A stretch of DNA of 64,000 nucleotides, taken from positions 1 through 64,000 of the IMG/VR virus record IMGVR_UViG_3300006201_000008. One strand, written 5' to 3'. A program made the translations under genes and the position numbers. Shown in pieces: positions 52,844 through 62,395 of the stretch. The notes beneath the pieces were generated by a model. That model was not told where the DNA came from. It did no database searches and saw only the letters and a list, made by a program, of their open reading frames with translations. Numbering within the stretch: position 1 is the stretch's first letter; every line of letters begins with the position of its first letter. The DNA is from a virus (Duplodnaviria > Caudoviricetes).

Positions 52844-53209
52844 ATGAAGATAGTAACTTATATGTGTGATGATTGTCTTGAACCATATGATTATGATTCA
52901 GATAAAGGTGATGAATTCTTATGCCCTAAATGTGGTCACAAAATGACATATTTAAATACTGAGGAAATTGATCCAAATACAAACAAAGTAATTAATTCAT
53001 ATCAAGAGTCAAGAAGAAAACAGAATAATCCTGGAGAACCTATATCAGTATCAACTTCCCCTGTGGTTGAATGTCCATACTGCCATTCAACAAACACCAA
53101 AAAAATAACAACAACTTCAAAAGCAGTACATACAGCATTTTTTGGACTGTTTAGTTTGAGCAGAAATTCTAAACAGTGGCATTGTAACAGTTGCGGAAGT
53201 GATTTCTAA
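52844..53209 (+). CDS. double zinc-ribbon protein with hydrophobic insert
   Basis: CxxC..CPKCG, then CPYCHSTNTKKI-(AFFGLFSL)-WHCNSCGSDF; ATG at 52844. Confidence 0.8.
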   Translation: MKIVTYMCDDCLEPYDYDSDKGDEFLCPKCGHKMTYLNTEEIDPNTNKVINSYQESRRKQNNPGEPISVSTSPVVECPYCHSTNTKKITTTSKAVHTAFFGLFSLSRNSKQWHCNSCGSDF

Positions 53210-53450
53210 TTAGTTGTGTAATATTGACAAAACACTTGTTCCAACTACTATTTTTATTCAGGAAGTGATACAGTAAAATAGTAAGAAGTCGCATTGTGCA
53301 ACTGCGACTGTTGCACTCTTACAATGTAACTGAAAACAGTAACCATACCAAGAGTAAGAAAGGTACGGTGAATTGCCTCTTGGAAATCTTAAATTTCATA
53401 GCAGAATTCTCTGCATTAATTTCCAACTATTATGTATATTTATTTTCTTA

Positions 53451-55373
53451 GAGTACTCTCGGAAACTTTTGAATAATTGATTGAAATTTATGTAAAAAAG
53501 AATATTTGGTTGTATATGTTTGGAATATACAAAAGAGTCGGTTTGCTTACAAGAATAGTTCTTAATTTTGGGCGCACTTCACCCTTGTGCGATAGGATGG
53601 TTTTAGAAATTATATATGTAATTAAATTGTGTAGATACCGTTTAGCTGGTGGATCCTTTGCTTTGTTTTTTCATCCATGCGTCTACATGGATGTTTATGC
53701 CGGCAATTACTGCAAAAAAAGTATATCTTTTTCTTCGGTGGATGCCCATGGCATGCAGATGGTAATCGTTCAGGATGCGGTTGTTTACCCGTTCACAGGA
53801 TGTGCGGTTTTTATAAATTTTTTTATATTCCCGCGTGCCCCTGGCAACCGGGGGATAAAGGCGCGCATCCCAGTCAGGTTTTGTATAGACGCACCGCCCG
53901 TATGGGGATTTGGAGCATTTATCCCGGCACGGGCAGGCATCCACTTTGCGGCAGGCCAGCGGACAGCGCCATTTGCACCGGCTGCGGCCGGAGCAATAGC
54001 CCCAGTATACCATCCGGTGGCCAGCCTGGCAGATGGGCGTTCCATCCTTATCGATAACCATTTCATCTGGAATGGATTTTGGCATGCCGCGGTTGGCATT
54101 CAGGTCGATAAAAGGCCGGATGTTCCATGTTTTACAAAGGTTATAGGTAGGGTAGTTGTCATTGGCGGAATCAAAGCACATGTTTTGGATGGGGATGGCA
54201 GGATTCCGGTCACGAAATTCTTTAAGCGTGACAATCCCGCTGACACTGTCGTGGCGTCTTGCATCCAGGAAACGGATATGTAAAGGAAGGTCGGTCCCAA
54301 GCTGGCTGTCATGGTAAGACAGCATGTACAGTGTATATCCAAAATAGAAAGTCCCAAGGTCGCTGTCCCAGCCCCAGTGGGCATCCGGGTCAGAATAATG
54401 GCGCGGACAGCCACAGCGGTTCTGTCCATGGTCCGGACAGCCGCACACTTTATGCCCGTAAGGGCTGGCATGGGTATGGACGCATGTCCCGTCCCCGGAA
54501 AGGGTGACACCGTCCTTATTTATAAGGCCGCGCTGCATGGATGGGGTGACGGCTGCGGCACAAAATACCTGCTGGAGAAGCTTTTCGTAATAAAAAGGAA
54601 ATTCATCCCTGGAAACAGCTTCCTTTGCCATAATTTTTGTAATTTCAGGATGGCGGTTAGGAAGTTTTTTCCCTTTTCCAGGTTTATTGGCAGGCTTTGT
54701 GTTTTTATCAGCGGGGAAAAGATCTTTCCTGCGGGATTTTTGGAAATGTTTCTCCTGGAGCCAAAGGCGGTCAATGAAATCATAATAAGAGCCAAGCGGC
54801 GGGAGGGAGCCCGGCGTACAGCCAGTTAAAAAAGCCAGCAGGCTGTCAGAGCCTAGTTTTTCTATCCAGGCAGTAATGCTTGTAAAGCCCTGGTCCAGCA
54901 TAAGTGTCAGGGAGCGCAGAATCTGCGGCTGGTTTATGGCCGGACGGCCAAGCGGCGGATAGTATGGCTCCAAAAGTTCCATGACAGGGTCAAGATTCAG
55001 GAGCCGGAGTTTTTCCCTGGCAGCGGCAAATTCACCGGCCAGCCTGACACGCTGGGAAGAATCAAAATGTATTTTAGCCTCATGCAGGAAATTCAGATAG
55101 TCCTGATGGGACTGCCAGTTTTTTAACATAAGTGTGTCCTCCTTCGATTATGGTTAAAAGTGATTGTTTCCTTAATCGAAGGGCTGTCTTAATTGCTGAT
55201 AGGCAATTAAGACAGCCGCACAAACTGGCAGAGTTGTCAATAGGGATTTGAAAATTTTCTGATTAAAGATAAAGAAAATATGTTAAAAATCCACTGAAAA
55301 GTGGAGGTAAAGAAAAAACGGGGCACTATGGAATCACAGTATTTTCAAGGGCTGTGAGTTTCCGAGAGTACTC
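53451..55373. mobile_element. complete insertion sequence (DDE transposase)
   Basis: 17-bp perfect TIR GAGTACTCTCGGAAACT / AGTTTCCGAGAGTACTC; 5-bp TSD TCTTA at 53446-53450 and 55374-55378; much higher GC than flanks. Confidence 0.93.
53642..55129 (-). CDS. DDE transposase (IS4/IS5/IS1182-like superfamily)
   Basis: SGDGT, SDPDAHWG...YFGY, FDSAND, YKNRTSCERVN. Confidence 0.9.
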   Translation of the reverse strand: MLKNWQSHQDYLNFLHEAKIHFDSSQRVRLAGEFAAAREKLRLLNLDPVMELLEPYYPPLGRPAINQPQILRSLTLMLDQGFTSITAWIEKLGSDSLLAFLTGCTPGSLPPLGSYYDFIDRLWLQEKHFQKSRRKDLFPADKNTKPANKPGKGKKLPNRHPEITKIMAKEAVSRDEFPFYYEKLLQQVFCAAAVTPSMQRGLINKDGVTLSGDGTCVHTHASPYGHKVCGCPDHGQNRCGCPRHYSDPDAHWGWDSDLGTFYFGYTLYMLSYHDSQLGTDLPLHIRFLDARRHDSVSGIVTLKEFRDRNPAIPIQNMCFDSANDNYPTYNLCKTWNIRPFIDLNANRGMPKSIPDEMVIDKDGTPICQAGHRMVYWGYCSGRSRCKWRCPLACRKVDACPCRDKCSKSPYGRCVYTKPDWDARLYPPVARGTREYKKIYKNRTSCERVNNRILNDYHLHAMGIHRRKRYTFFAVIAGINIHVDAWMKKQSKGSTS

Positions 55374-55395
55374 TCTTACAGAAAGGAGGAATGCA

Positions 55396-55545
55396 ATGCA
55401 AGAAGTGCTTGATATTATTATGACACTTATTGAACAAATACCTTGGTTTTCAAGTTTATTTATTGTTTGTACAGTATATAAAAATAAACCAAAGAAAACT
55501 TCAATAAGTATTTCAGATAAAGTCAACATCATGTCTGAGAGATAG
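55396..55545 (+). CDS. small hydrophobic peptide (49 aa)
   Basis: AGAAAGGAGG RBS; MQEVLDIIMTLIEQIPWFSSLFIVCTVYKNKPKK... Confidence 0.55.
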   Translation: MQEVLDIIMTLIEQIPWFSSLFIVCTVYKNKPKKTSISISDKVNIMSER

Positions 55546-55632
55546 AATATCATCTTTGGCCATTTGTGGAGATAGTCAAGGGAGTAGTAGTGCAAAAATA
55601 TCCGTGGTGTTGTGGAGACATGGGTATTTTTG
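55545..55632 (-). repeat. twin-hairpin element, degenerate copy B
   Basis: GAATATCAT core followed by two imperfect stems with TGTGGAG loops (55565, 55611). Confidence 0.55.
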
Positions 55633-55900
55633 TTTTCTGCTAATAACAAATAAAGTTCCACGATAGTTTCAGTGAATCGAATTTACAAGTAATAAAAATT
55701 GATAAAAATTATTACTTGTATTTTTATGGTAATATTGGTGAGCCACTTAATTATTTTCATTAATCACATCCTTTCATTATATTATAGAGTAAGATTACTC
55801 AATAGATATCACAATATATCAATTACAATATCTATTCAGTAATCTTGGTTTTGACGAAAATATGTTCTGGGTATCAAAAACATACAACTAATGATACAAT

Positions 55901-55944
55901 AGATTTACCAATATTTAGGAGGAGATTTACCAATATTTAGGAGG
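55901..55944. repeat. 22-bp tandem duplication including the RBS
   Basis: AGATTTACCAATATTTAGGAGG twice. Confidence 0.9.
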
Positions 55945-55954
55945 ATATCATACT

Positions 55955-57394
55955 ATGGCACGAAAGAAGAAAATTCTTAGTCCTACATATACAGAGTTAA
56001 TTGTACCAACATACGAAGCGATAAAAGAAATGGGAAACTCAGCTACTAACGAAGAGATTTATAATAAAATTATTGAAAATTTAAATTTACCCGATAATGT
56101 AATTCACGAACCGCATGGAAAAAATTTGGGCAGAGGTGAATTAGAATACCAACTTGCATGGGCGAGGACATATTTAAAAAATTATGGTGTTATAAAAAGT
56201 GTTAAAAGAGGTATGTGGGAGATAGAACCATCTTTTACTGGAGATGTTCAACTTAATCATACAAAGGTAGTATCATATACAGCAAATAAAAAGCAAAACA
56301 CAGTTTCCATAGATTTCAATGATAATTTGCTAGATGAGAATAACGAATTAGAAATAGAAGACAATAAATATATTTCTGATGTTGAACAACCAAATAGTGC
56401 AGATTTATATGTAAAAAGTTTAATTGACTTATGGAAAACAGAGGATTTGAAAATCCCATTTTTTCAAAGAAAATTTGTTTGGACTTTACGTCAGGCAAGC
56501 CTATTTATAGAATCCTTATTGTCAAACCTACCAATTCCAGCACTTATGTTTTATAAGGATGCTAGTGAATATCAATATATAATAGATGGTCAACAACGAA
56601 CAAAAAGCATACTTTATTTTACAGGTGCAATAAAGCCTGATGAAGTAGATGAAGATAATAAGAAATTTCTTAAATTCAGATTAGTTGGGTTAGCGGATGA
56701 TAGTCCTTATAAAAATAAAACATTCGATAGTTTTGATCCTTCCATAAAAAGAAAATTATTAAACCGTACATTGCCAATAACAACAGTAAAGGTAAACGAT
56801 GATAGTGATTTACCTAAAATTTTTGAGATTTTTCGTAGACTTAATACAGGCGGCACTCCTTTAACTAAGCAAGAAATTAGAAATTGTATTTGTGCAGGTA
56901 ATTTTAATGAGTTTCTTATTAATTTAAATAAAAACAAAGAATGGCAATCATTTATTACTAGTGAAAACGATAGAAAAAGGCAACGTGATATTGAGTTAAT
57001 ACTGCGTTTTTTTGCTTTATATGAAACCTATAAACAATATAAAAGACCAATGGATGAATTTCTAACATTATATTTTGAAGCACATAGAAATATTGACGAA
57101 ACTGAAAGAGATGAGAAAACTAATCTTTTTACAACTGTTGTATCAGCTATATATCATAATTTGGGGAGAAGACCGTTCCACATAAAAAATGGTTTAAATT
57201 CTGGTGTATGTGATTCTGTTATGGTGGCTTTTGCAAATAACATTGACAATATTCCGTTGGATATAAAGGATCGGTTTTTTAAATTGACACATAACGATGA
57301 ATTTTATAAATATTGCGGCAAAAATATTAATGACAATGAATCTGTACAATGTAGGATAAAGATTGCAACAGAGTTTCTTTTTGGTGATATATAA
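55955..57394 (+). CDS. Mrr N-terminal winged-helix + DUF262 (ParB-like NTPase) fusion; putative defence protein
   Basis: PTY.ELI.P..A.K..G...LAWARTYLK..G....RG.W (Mrr_N); IPFFQRKFVW, IESLL...PIP, IIDGQQR, IF.RLN.GG.PL..QEIRN (DUF262). Confidence 0.88.
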   Translation: MARKKKILSPTYTELIVPTYEAIKEMGNSATNEEIYNKIIENLNLPDNVIHEPHGKNLGRGELEYQLAWARTYLKNYGVIKSVKRGMWEIEPSFTGDVQLNHTKVVSYTANKKQNTVSIDFNDNLLDENNELEIEDNKYISDVEQPNSADLYVKSLIDLWKTEDLKIPFFQRKFVWTLRQASLFIESLLSNLPIPALMFYKDASEYQYIIDGQQRTKSILYFTGAIKPDEVDEDNKKFLKFRLVGLADDSPYKNKTFDSFDPSIKRKLLNRTLPITTVKVNDDSDLPKIFEIFRRLNTGGTPLTKQEIRNCICAGNFNEFLINLNKNKEWQSFITSENDRKRQRDIELILRFFALYETYKQYKRPMDEFLTLYFEAHRNIDETERDEKTNLFTTVVSAIYHNLGRRPFHIKNGLNSGVCDSVMVAFANNIDNIPLDIKDRFFKLTHNDEFYKYCGKNINDNESVQCRIKIATEFLFGDI

Positions 57395-57660
57395 ATTTTA
57401 AAATATTGCTATTTATAATAATTTTTCAAAGTATAAGAGACACCTTTTAAATGTCTCTTTTTCTGACATTTTTTCACTTTTGCTTATATAGAATAGTAGT
57501 CTGCAATTTTTTCTAAGTCACTGTCGTTAATCAAATATCTAAAACAAAACGCTTATATGAAAATACATATTCACGGCATAGTTGTAGAAGTTCTATCCAA
57601 GGAGTCTTTTACAATTTAATCACAACCTTTCAAAATTTGAAAAAACTAAATTAAAATGTA

Positions 57661-57687
57661 AAAGAGACATCTTTGTGATGTCTCTTT
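57661..57687. terminator. intrinsic terminator (related stems at 57436 and 59166)
   Basis: AAAGAGACATC..GATGTCTCTTT. Confidence 0.7.
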
Positions 57688-57739
57688 ATTCTACCCATTA
57701 AAGGGATAAAAGATATTTGATTTTCTACTCATTTAAGAG

Positions 57740-58231
57740 CTATTTTTCGATATATGCTTTACACATTTGCTCTAATAAATCAAAATTACAGCATCTTTCT
57801 TTTACTGCAATATCTGCTTTTGTTAATTCAGAATCATCAGTATGAAACAAACGATATAAATTTTCAGATTTTCTTATTACAACACTTTCTATAGAAATTA
57901 ATGCTTTATATTGGTTCTGCAAAAGATTCCTATAATTTTCATCCTGTTCATCTTTAAAATCAAAATCTATAATACATTCTTTATTAACAGGAATCATTTT
58001 GTTAAAATTTATAACACCATATTCGCCATTTTTAATTTTATGGAAATCTTTTGCGTTTTTCATCTTTTTGTGTTTTGGCTTTGGAGAAGATAATGGTATG
58101 TAATAATTTACATTGTTTATTATATATACAACTCCAATATAGGGACGTTTCTCATTTTTATTTGTTAAAACTTTACATTCTTTGGTTCTTAAATATTTAA
58201 TATAATCTTCTTTAATTTTACATACCTTCAT
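57740..58231 (-). CDS. type III TA toxin, ToxN/AbiQ family
   Basis: DYIKYLR, KRPYIGVV, YYIPLSSPK.KH, INFNKMIPV, Y.NLL.NQ, CCNF.LLE. Confidence 0.92.
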   Translation of the reverse strand: MKVCKIKEDYIKYLRTKECKVLTNKNEKRPYIGVVYIINNVNYYIPLSSPKPKHKKMKNAKDFHKIKNGEYGVINFNKMIPVNKECIIDFDFKDEQDENYRNLLQNQYKALISIESVVIRKSENLYRLFHTDDSELTKADIAVKERCCNFDLLEQMCKAYIEK

Positions 58232-58249
58232 GTTTTCACCTATGTATAA

Positions 58250-58392
58250 TAAAAGGAACTGACTAATGCCAGCTCCTTATTTTAATTCCTTTTTTTATGG
58301 TGTAGGCTCACACGCTATTTTCATTTCCCTTTTGCTGGTGGGGACTCACACGCTATTTTAATGTTTCACTTACATGGTAGAAACTTACCGCA
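58250..58392 (-). ncRNA. ToxI-like antitoxin RNA: about three 38-nt pseudoknot repeats plus terminator
   Basis: AAAATAGCGTGTGAG repeated 38 nt apart; pairs GGTA/TACC+GTTTC/GAAAC, GTG/CAC+TCCC/GGGA, GTGT/ACAC+CCT/AGG; terminator AAGGAGCTGGC..GTCAGTTCCTTTT; TTGCAT..TATAAT promoter upstream. Confidence 0.88.
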
Positions 58393-58546
58393 TAGAAATC
58401 AATATAGATCTCTTACTTTTATTATACACATTTTATTGAAATATGCAATCAGTAAAATATAAAAATTTTATAAATAAATTTTCTTTTCAATCTAACACAT
58501 GTAAAATATAAATCTATTCAATACATTTGTACAAATCGTTATCAAA

Positions 58547-58615
58547 TGTTTTGAATATCGTACTATGGTTACTTTGTACTATGTGGAGTAGTACATAAGA
58601 ACTGTGGAAGTTCTT
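58547..58615 (-). repeat. twin-hairpin/MIFKT element, copy C
   Basis: TGTTTTGAATATCGTACTAT; TGTACTA-tgtggag-TAGTACA; AAGAAC-tgtggaa-GTTCTT. Confidence 0.9.
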
Positions 58616-58653
58616 GTAGTTATATGATAAAATAAGCCCCATTATAGAGATAA

Positions 58654-59148
58654 ATGGAGAATGATTATATGAGAGTTAAAGGTGTATGCTTTAATTGTGG
58701 ATATATAGCACTTGATGACACATTAAATTGTGAAGCTTGTGGTAATTTATTTACTAAAGTTAGTATTATAGAGGGAATAAAACTTGTTAATATGAATGGG
58801 GAACAAAGAATCAAATGGATTGAAAATAAGTTAGGTCATTCTTTAAAAAAAGAGGAACTAACAAAACGTGATAGATACTGCAAAAATCAAATGCAAGAAT
58901 TTAATCAACGAAAAGAAGCCGAACAAACCAAACTCAAAGAGGAACAAGAGGCAAAACTCAAAACAATGACTCAAAAGGTATTAGATAAAGTAAACAACGT
59001 CCCTAAGTGTCCTATCTGCGGTTCAACCAATATAAACAAGATAACCCTTACCACCAGAGCCGTTAAGACAGCTGCGTTTGGGGTGGTAGGGGCTGTTGAT
59101 GATGCAGGTAAAACATGGAAATGTGGGAACTGCGGGAGTAGGTTTTAA
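58654..59148 (+). CDS. double zinc-ribbon protein with hydrophobic insert
   Basis: CFNCG..CEACG; CPICGSTNINKI-(AAFGVVGAV)-WKCGNCGSRF; paralog of 52844..53209. Confidence 0.82.
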   Translation: MENDYMRVKGVCFNCGYIALDDTLNCEACGNLFTKVSIIEGIKLVNMNGEQRIKWIENKLGHSLKKEELTKRDRYCKNQMQEFNQRKEAEQTKLKEEQEAKLKTMTQKVLDKVNNVPKCPICGSTNINKITLTTRAVKTAAFGVVGAVDDAGKTWKCGNCGSRF

Positions 59149-59272
59149 ATTATAATTATAACATATTAGAATAAAAGACATCTTAATCAAAATGTCTTTT
59201 ATTCTAATATCTATTAAATTAACAATAACTTAGTATAAACAATTTTTAAGATGAAATAGTTAGAATAAATTT

Positions 59273-59458
59273 TTATTCGTTCTTTTCTATTTCCCCAAAA
59301 CTGATTTTTAGCTGTTCCAATTCTGTTATAAATTCATCAATTTGTTTTCTGCTTTGTTCATATTCCATTCTATACCGTTCACTTTGCGCAATAGCATCTT
59401 CTTTTGATTGTTCTGGCAAAATCTTATTAATTTGCTTGCTTGTTATTTTTTTTAGCAT
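59273..59458 (-). CDS. small protein overlapping the upstream membrane protein
   Basis: 61 aa, GGAGG RBS. Confidence 0.6.
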   Translation of the reverse strand: MLKKITSKQINKILPEQSKEDAIAQSERYRMEYEQSRKQIDEFITELEQLKISFGEIEKNE

Positions 59459-60440
59459 CTACTTTTTCTTCCTCCAATTTTTCTAATATTGAAAAACTAC
59501 TTATAAAACCTTTTTCTATCTTATATGCTAATAACGCATAGTGCGTGAAAGGATTGATATATTTTGTGATAATGTCTAATATTTCTGTTTTACTATTAGC
59601 TATTTTATTATTCCCAAAGGAACAAATTTGTAGTAAACAAACGATTTTATTACCAGAACAAACGATAGGTATTCCAACATATTGGCTATAATCTGGGTGA
59701 TCTTCGTCTATATAAACAAAATTTTCATTAACCTCTTCTTTTGTGGTTAATATTTTGATTTTAGTATCTTTATTGAGATATGTTTTAACCGCATAGAAGG
59801 TTTTATTTTTACTTAAAAGTAATTTTTCTTCAAATTTATCTGGATATTTTTCATATTTTCCCTTATGTGCTATCATTGTAATATTTCTTTTAGAACCAGT
59901 TGCTGAAATATCAGAGAGCATTATATTAACAGTAAAGTCATCATATGGTTTGCAGATCTCACATAAAAGAGTGTAAATGCCATTACAAATACCCGTAGCA
60001 ACTTTCTTAAAGTTCCATACATCTAAGGTTCGATTTCCCTTTAATATTTGTTTAGATAAAAGATTTATACTACTATGAGAATCAGCAAATAGAGCAGCCA
60101 ATTCTCTCATTCCTTTATCGTAATTTTTTATCTCTTCTTCTGATAATAGTAATTTGGCATTATATTGTTTTTTAACGTTTTCTATTTCTTTGTCTCTTTC
60201 GTCAAGTCTATTTTTTAAATCTTTTATTTCAGAATCTTTTTCTTTATCCAGCTTACTATATTTATATGATGTATAAGCATATATTAGGAATAGTGCAATC
60301 AATGAGACAAGTTTTTGTTTAAACCAAATATCATTTTTATAATTCCAATTTCCCATTGCAGAAAAAATACCACCAATTATAAGTGGATTAATATAAGTAT
60401 TAAGTATTTTAACAATTTTATTTTCTAAAAATCTTTTCAT
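59427..60440 (-). CDS. 2-TM, coiled-coil, GAF-like accessory protein
   Basis: TM helices, coiled coil, YSQYVGIPIVCSGNKIVCLLQI resembling GAF C-terminal strands. Confidence 0.7.
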   Translation of the reverse strand: MKRFLENKIVKILNTYINPLIIGGIFSAMGNWNYKNDIWFKQKLVSLIALFLIYAYTSYKYSKLDKEKDSEIKDLKNRLDERDKEIENVKKQYNAKLLLSEEEIKNYDKGMRELAALFADSHSSINLLSKQILKGNRTLDVWNFKKVATGICNGIYTLLCEICKPYDDFTVNIMLSDISATGSKRNITMIAHKGKYEKYPDKFEEKLLLSKNKTFYAVKTYLNKDTKIKILTTKEEVNENFVYIDEDHPDYSQYVGIPIVCSGNKIVCLLQICSFGNNKIANSKTEILDIITKYINPFTHYALLAYKIEKGFISSFSILEKLEEEKVDAKKNNKQAN

Positions 60441-60533
60441 ATGTCATCTCCAAACTTTTGTAATAGACTAAAATAATCATATCAAAGTCGTGAGCATTTT
60501 ACAATACAGAACATATGATCTAAAAATAAGGAG

Positions 60534-60683
60534 ATGTTTATAGATAATTGTCCATACTGTCACAGCACAAACACAAAAAAGATCACAACAACAGGTAGAT
60601 TGATGTCCGTCGGTATCTTTGGGTTTGCAAGTAAAAAGATGGGCAAACAATGGCATTGTAATCAGTGTAATAGTGATTTTTGA
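60534..60683 (+). pseudogene. C-terminal fragment of a third zinc-ribbon paralog
   Basis: CPYCHSTNTKKITTTGRLMSVGIFGFASKKMGKQWHCNQCNSDF; N-terminal ribbon missing. Confidence 0.75.
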
Positions 60684-60797
60684 TAAATTTTTTATATTAC
60701 TAAAAATAATATTTACTATCCGAACTAAAGTTCTGTCTATTTTAATTTGTCAATATATGATAAAATATTACTTATCAATTATAAAGAGAGAATACAA

Positions 60798-61487
60798 ATG
60801 ACAAATCAAGAGTTTATAGATTCACTTTCACAAAAGGCAAAGAAAATAATAACCAACTATCAATATAAAAATATTAATAAGACCGATATTATAGTGTATT
60901 TAAATAATACAGTAAATAGAGTTAATATGGATCATCCTAATACTTACATAATTGAAATAAAGAAACAAGAATCTTTGTATGATATGGAATATGCGTTTCT
61001 TCATGAATTTTGTCATTGTATTCAAAGTGATAGTGGTTTTCCATATATAAATTATATCAATGTAAATTATAAAACTTTATCAGAATGTTTATCGTCAATT
61101 GTATTAGACTGTGATGTATATAATAGATTGTTGGAGAAAGGGTATAAAGAAAATCCTAATATTCTGCATTCGGAGTTCAATAATATATATGATACATTAT
61201 TCGTTATATCAAGAGAAAAGAAATTTGGTAATTATTTGAACGATATAGACCATCAAATTTATTATGCAGGCAAATTAGTAATATTATCAAAATTTTATGA
61301 TAATGATATAAATGTTAAAAGCATTACGAATTTGGTTAAAAATAAATTTCCTATAATATATAAGGATTATAATATTTTTATTAATGCAATAAAAAGATAT
61401 GGATTTACATCACCTAAAAGTGTAAGGAAAATTTTCAAAACAATTATAAGGGAGTTAAAAATAGATGAGTTTGTTACTATAATGTAA
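60798..61487 (+). CDS. HEXXH metallopeptidase-like protein
   Basis: AFLHEFCHCIQ; ATG at 60798. Confidence 0.65.
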   Translation: MTNQEFIDSLSQKAKKIITNYQYKNINKTDIIVYLNNTVNRVNMDHPNTYIIEIKKQESLYDMEYAFLHEFCHCIQSDSGFPYINYINVNYKTLSECLSSIVLDCDVYNRLLEKGYKENPNILHSEFNNIYDTLFVISREKKFGNYLNDIDHQIYYAGKLVILSKFYDNDINVKSITNLVKNKFPIIYKDYNIFINAIKRYGFTSPKSVRKIFKTIIRELKIDEFVTIM

Positions 61488-61698
61488 CAAACTCATTTTC
61501 ATATTTCATTTTCAAATCTATACACAATTTTAACTTTTCATAGTTTTTACTTATTATACATTCATGAATACTATTATTTATTTCATTAAGATCTCTATTA
61601 AAATTTTTACAATAAATTTTTCTTTTATTTTCATTACCCGCAATTAAATTAAAACTTTTTATTTTATCTAAATCGCTGTTAAATGTTTTGAATATCAT
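61477..61698 (-). CDS. orphan MIFKT-start ORF (TMP-start stub fused to unrelated sequence)
   Basis: Begins MIFKTFNSDLDK within element copy D. Confidence 0.4.
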   Translation of the reverse strand: MIFKTFNSDLDKIKSFNLIAGNENKRKIYCKNFNRDLNEINNSIHECIISKNYEKLKLCIDLKMKYENEFVTL

Positions 61699-61751
61699 AC
61701 TATTTATTTTACAGGTCGTGGAGTCCTGTGTATAGCAGTTGTGGAGACTGC
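61684..61751 (-). repeat. twin-hairpin/MIFKT element, copy D
   Basis: TGTTTTGAATATCATACTAT; ACAGG-tcgtggagt-CCTGT; GCAGT-tgtggag-ACTGC. Confidence 0.9.
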
Positions 61752-61844
61752 ATAAATTTATGGTTTATTTTATAAAACAAAATTTAGTTGTCGGAAAGTT
61801 CAGAATAGAACAATAAGAGTAAAGAATTTAATAATACAGTTTTA

Positions 61845-62186
61845 TTAAATGGCAAATCCTAATCCACTTAAAACGCCAATAATTATAGATAATATCAATC
61901 CAATTATTATCAAATTTTTCATAAATCTTACGTCTGATGCAATCTGATGAATGTCCTTCTGAATGAAATCTGAAACTTCGTTTGATTTGCTTTGTGAATT
62001 GTATGTTACTGGTTTTCTGTTCATCCATTCTACAACAATTTGAGCAGCAACTTTTTAATCACATCCAGTCTGCTCTTGAATATATTTTACAGCTTTCATT
62101 TTATCACTGTAAAATAAAGTCTTCACATTTTCATAATGTTTGTTGTAATTTTGTTCTAATTTAGTTCTTACTTCTACAATAGTCAT
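61845..62186 (-). pseudogene. C-terminally anchored membrane protein with internal stop
   Basis: GAGGAG RBS; MTIVEVRTK...EQTGCD*KVAAQIV...LIIIGLILSIIIGVLSGLGFAI. Confidence 0.6.
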
Positions 62187-62395
62187 TACTAAACTCCTCT
62201 AAAATTTATTATTCATAAGTACATATAATTGAATCAGAGATATAATAACACTATGATAACTAAATGTAAACAAGCATATTTGCAATACATATGAACTATA
62301 GAATAAATTTCATTTGTTATTATACAGAGTATACAAAACATATGTTTAGACTATCATTGTTATTATAAATACAGTATACTAATTTTATAAATTAA

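Noticed and set aside
53477-54829. Long alternative-frame ORFs inside the IS
   Set aside because: Shadow ORFs of the GC-rich transposase gene
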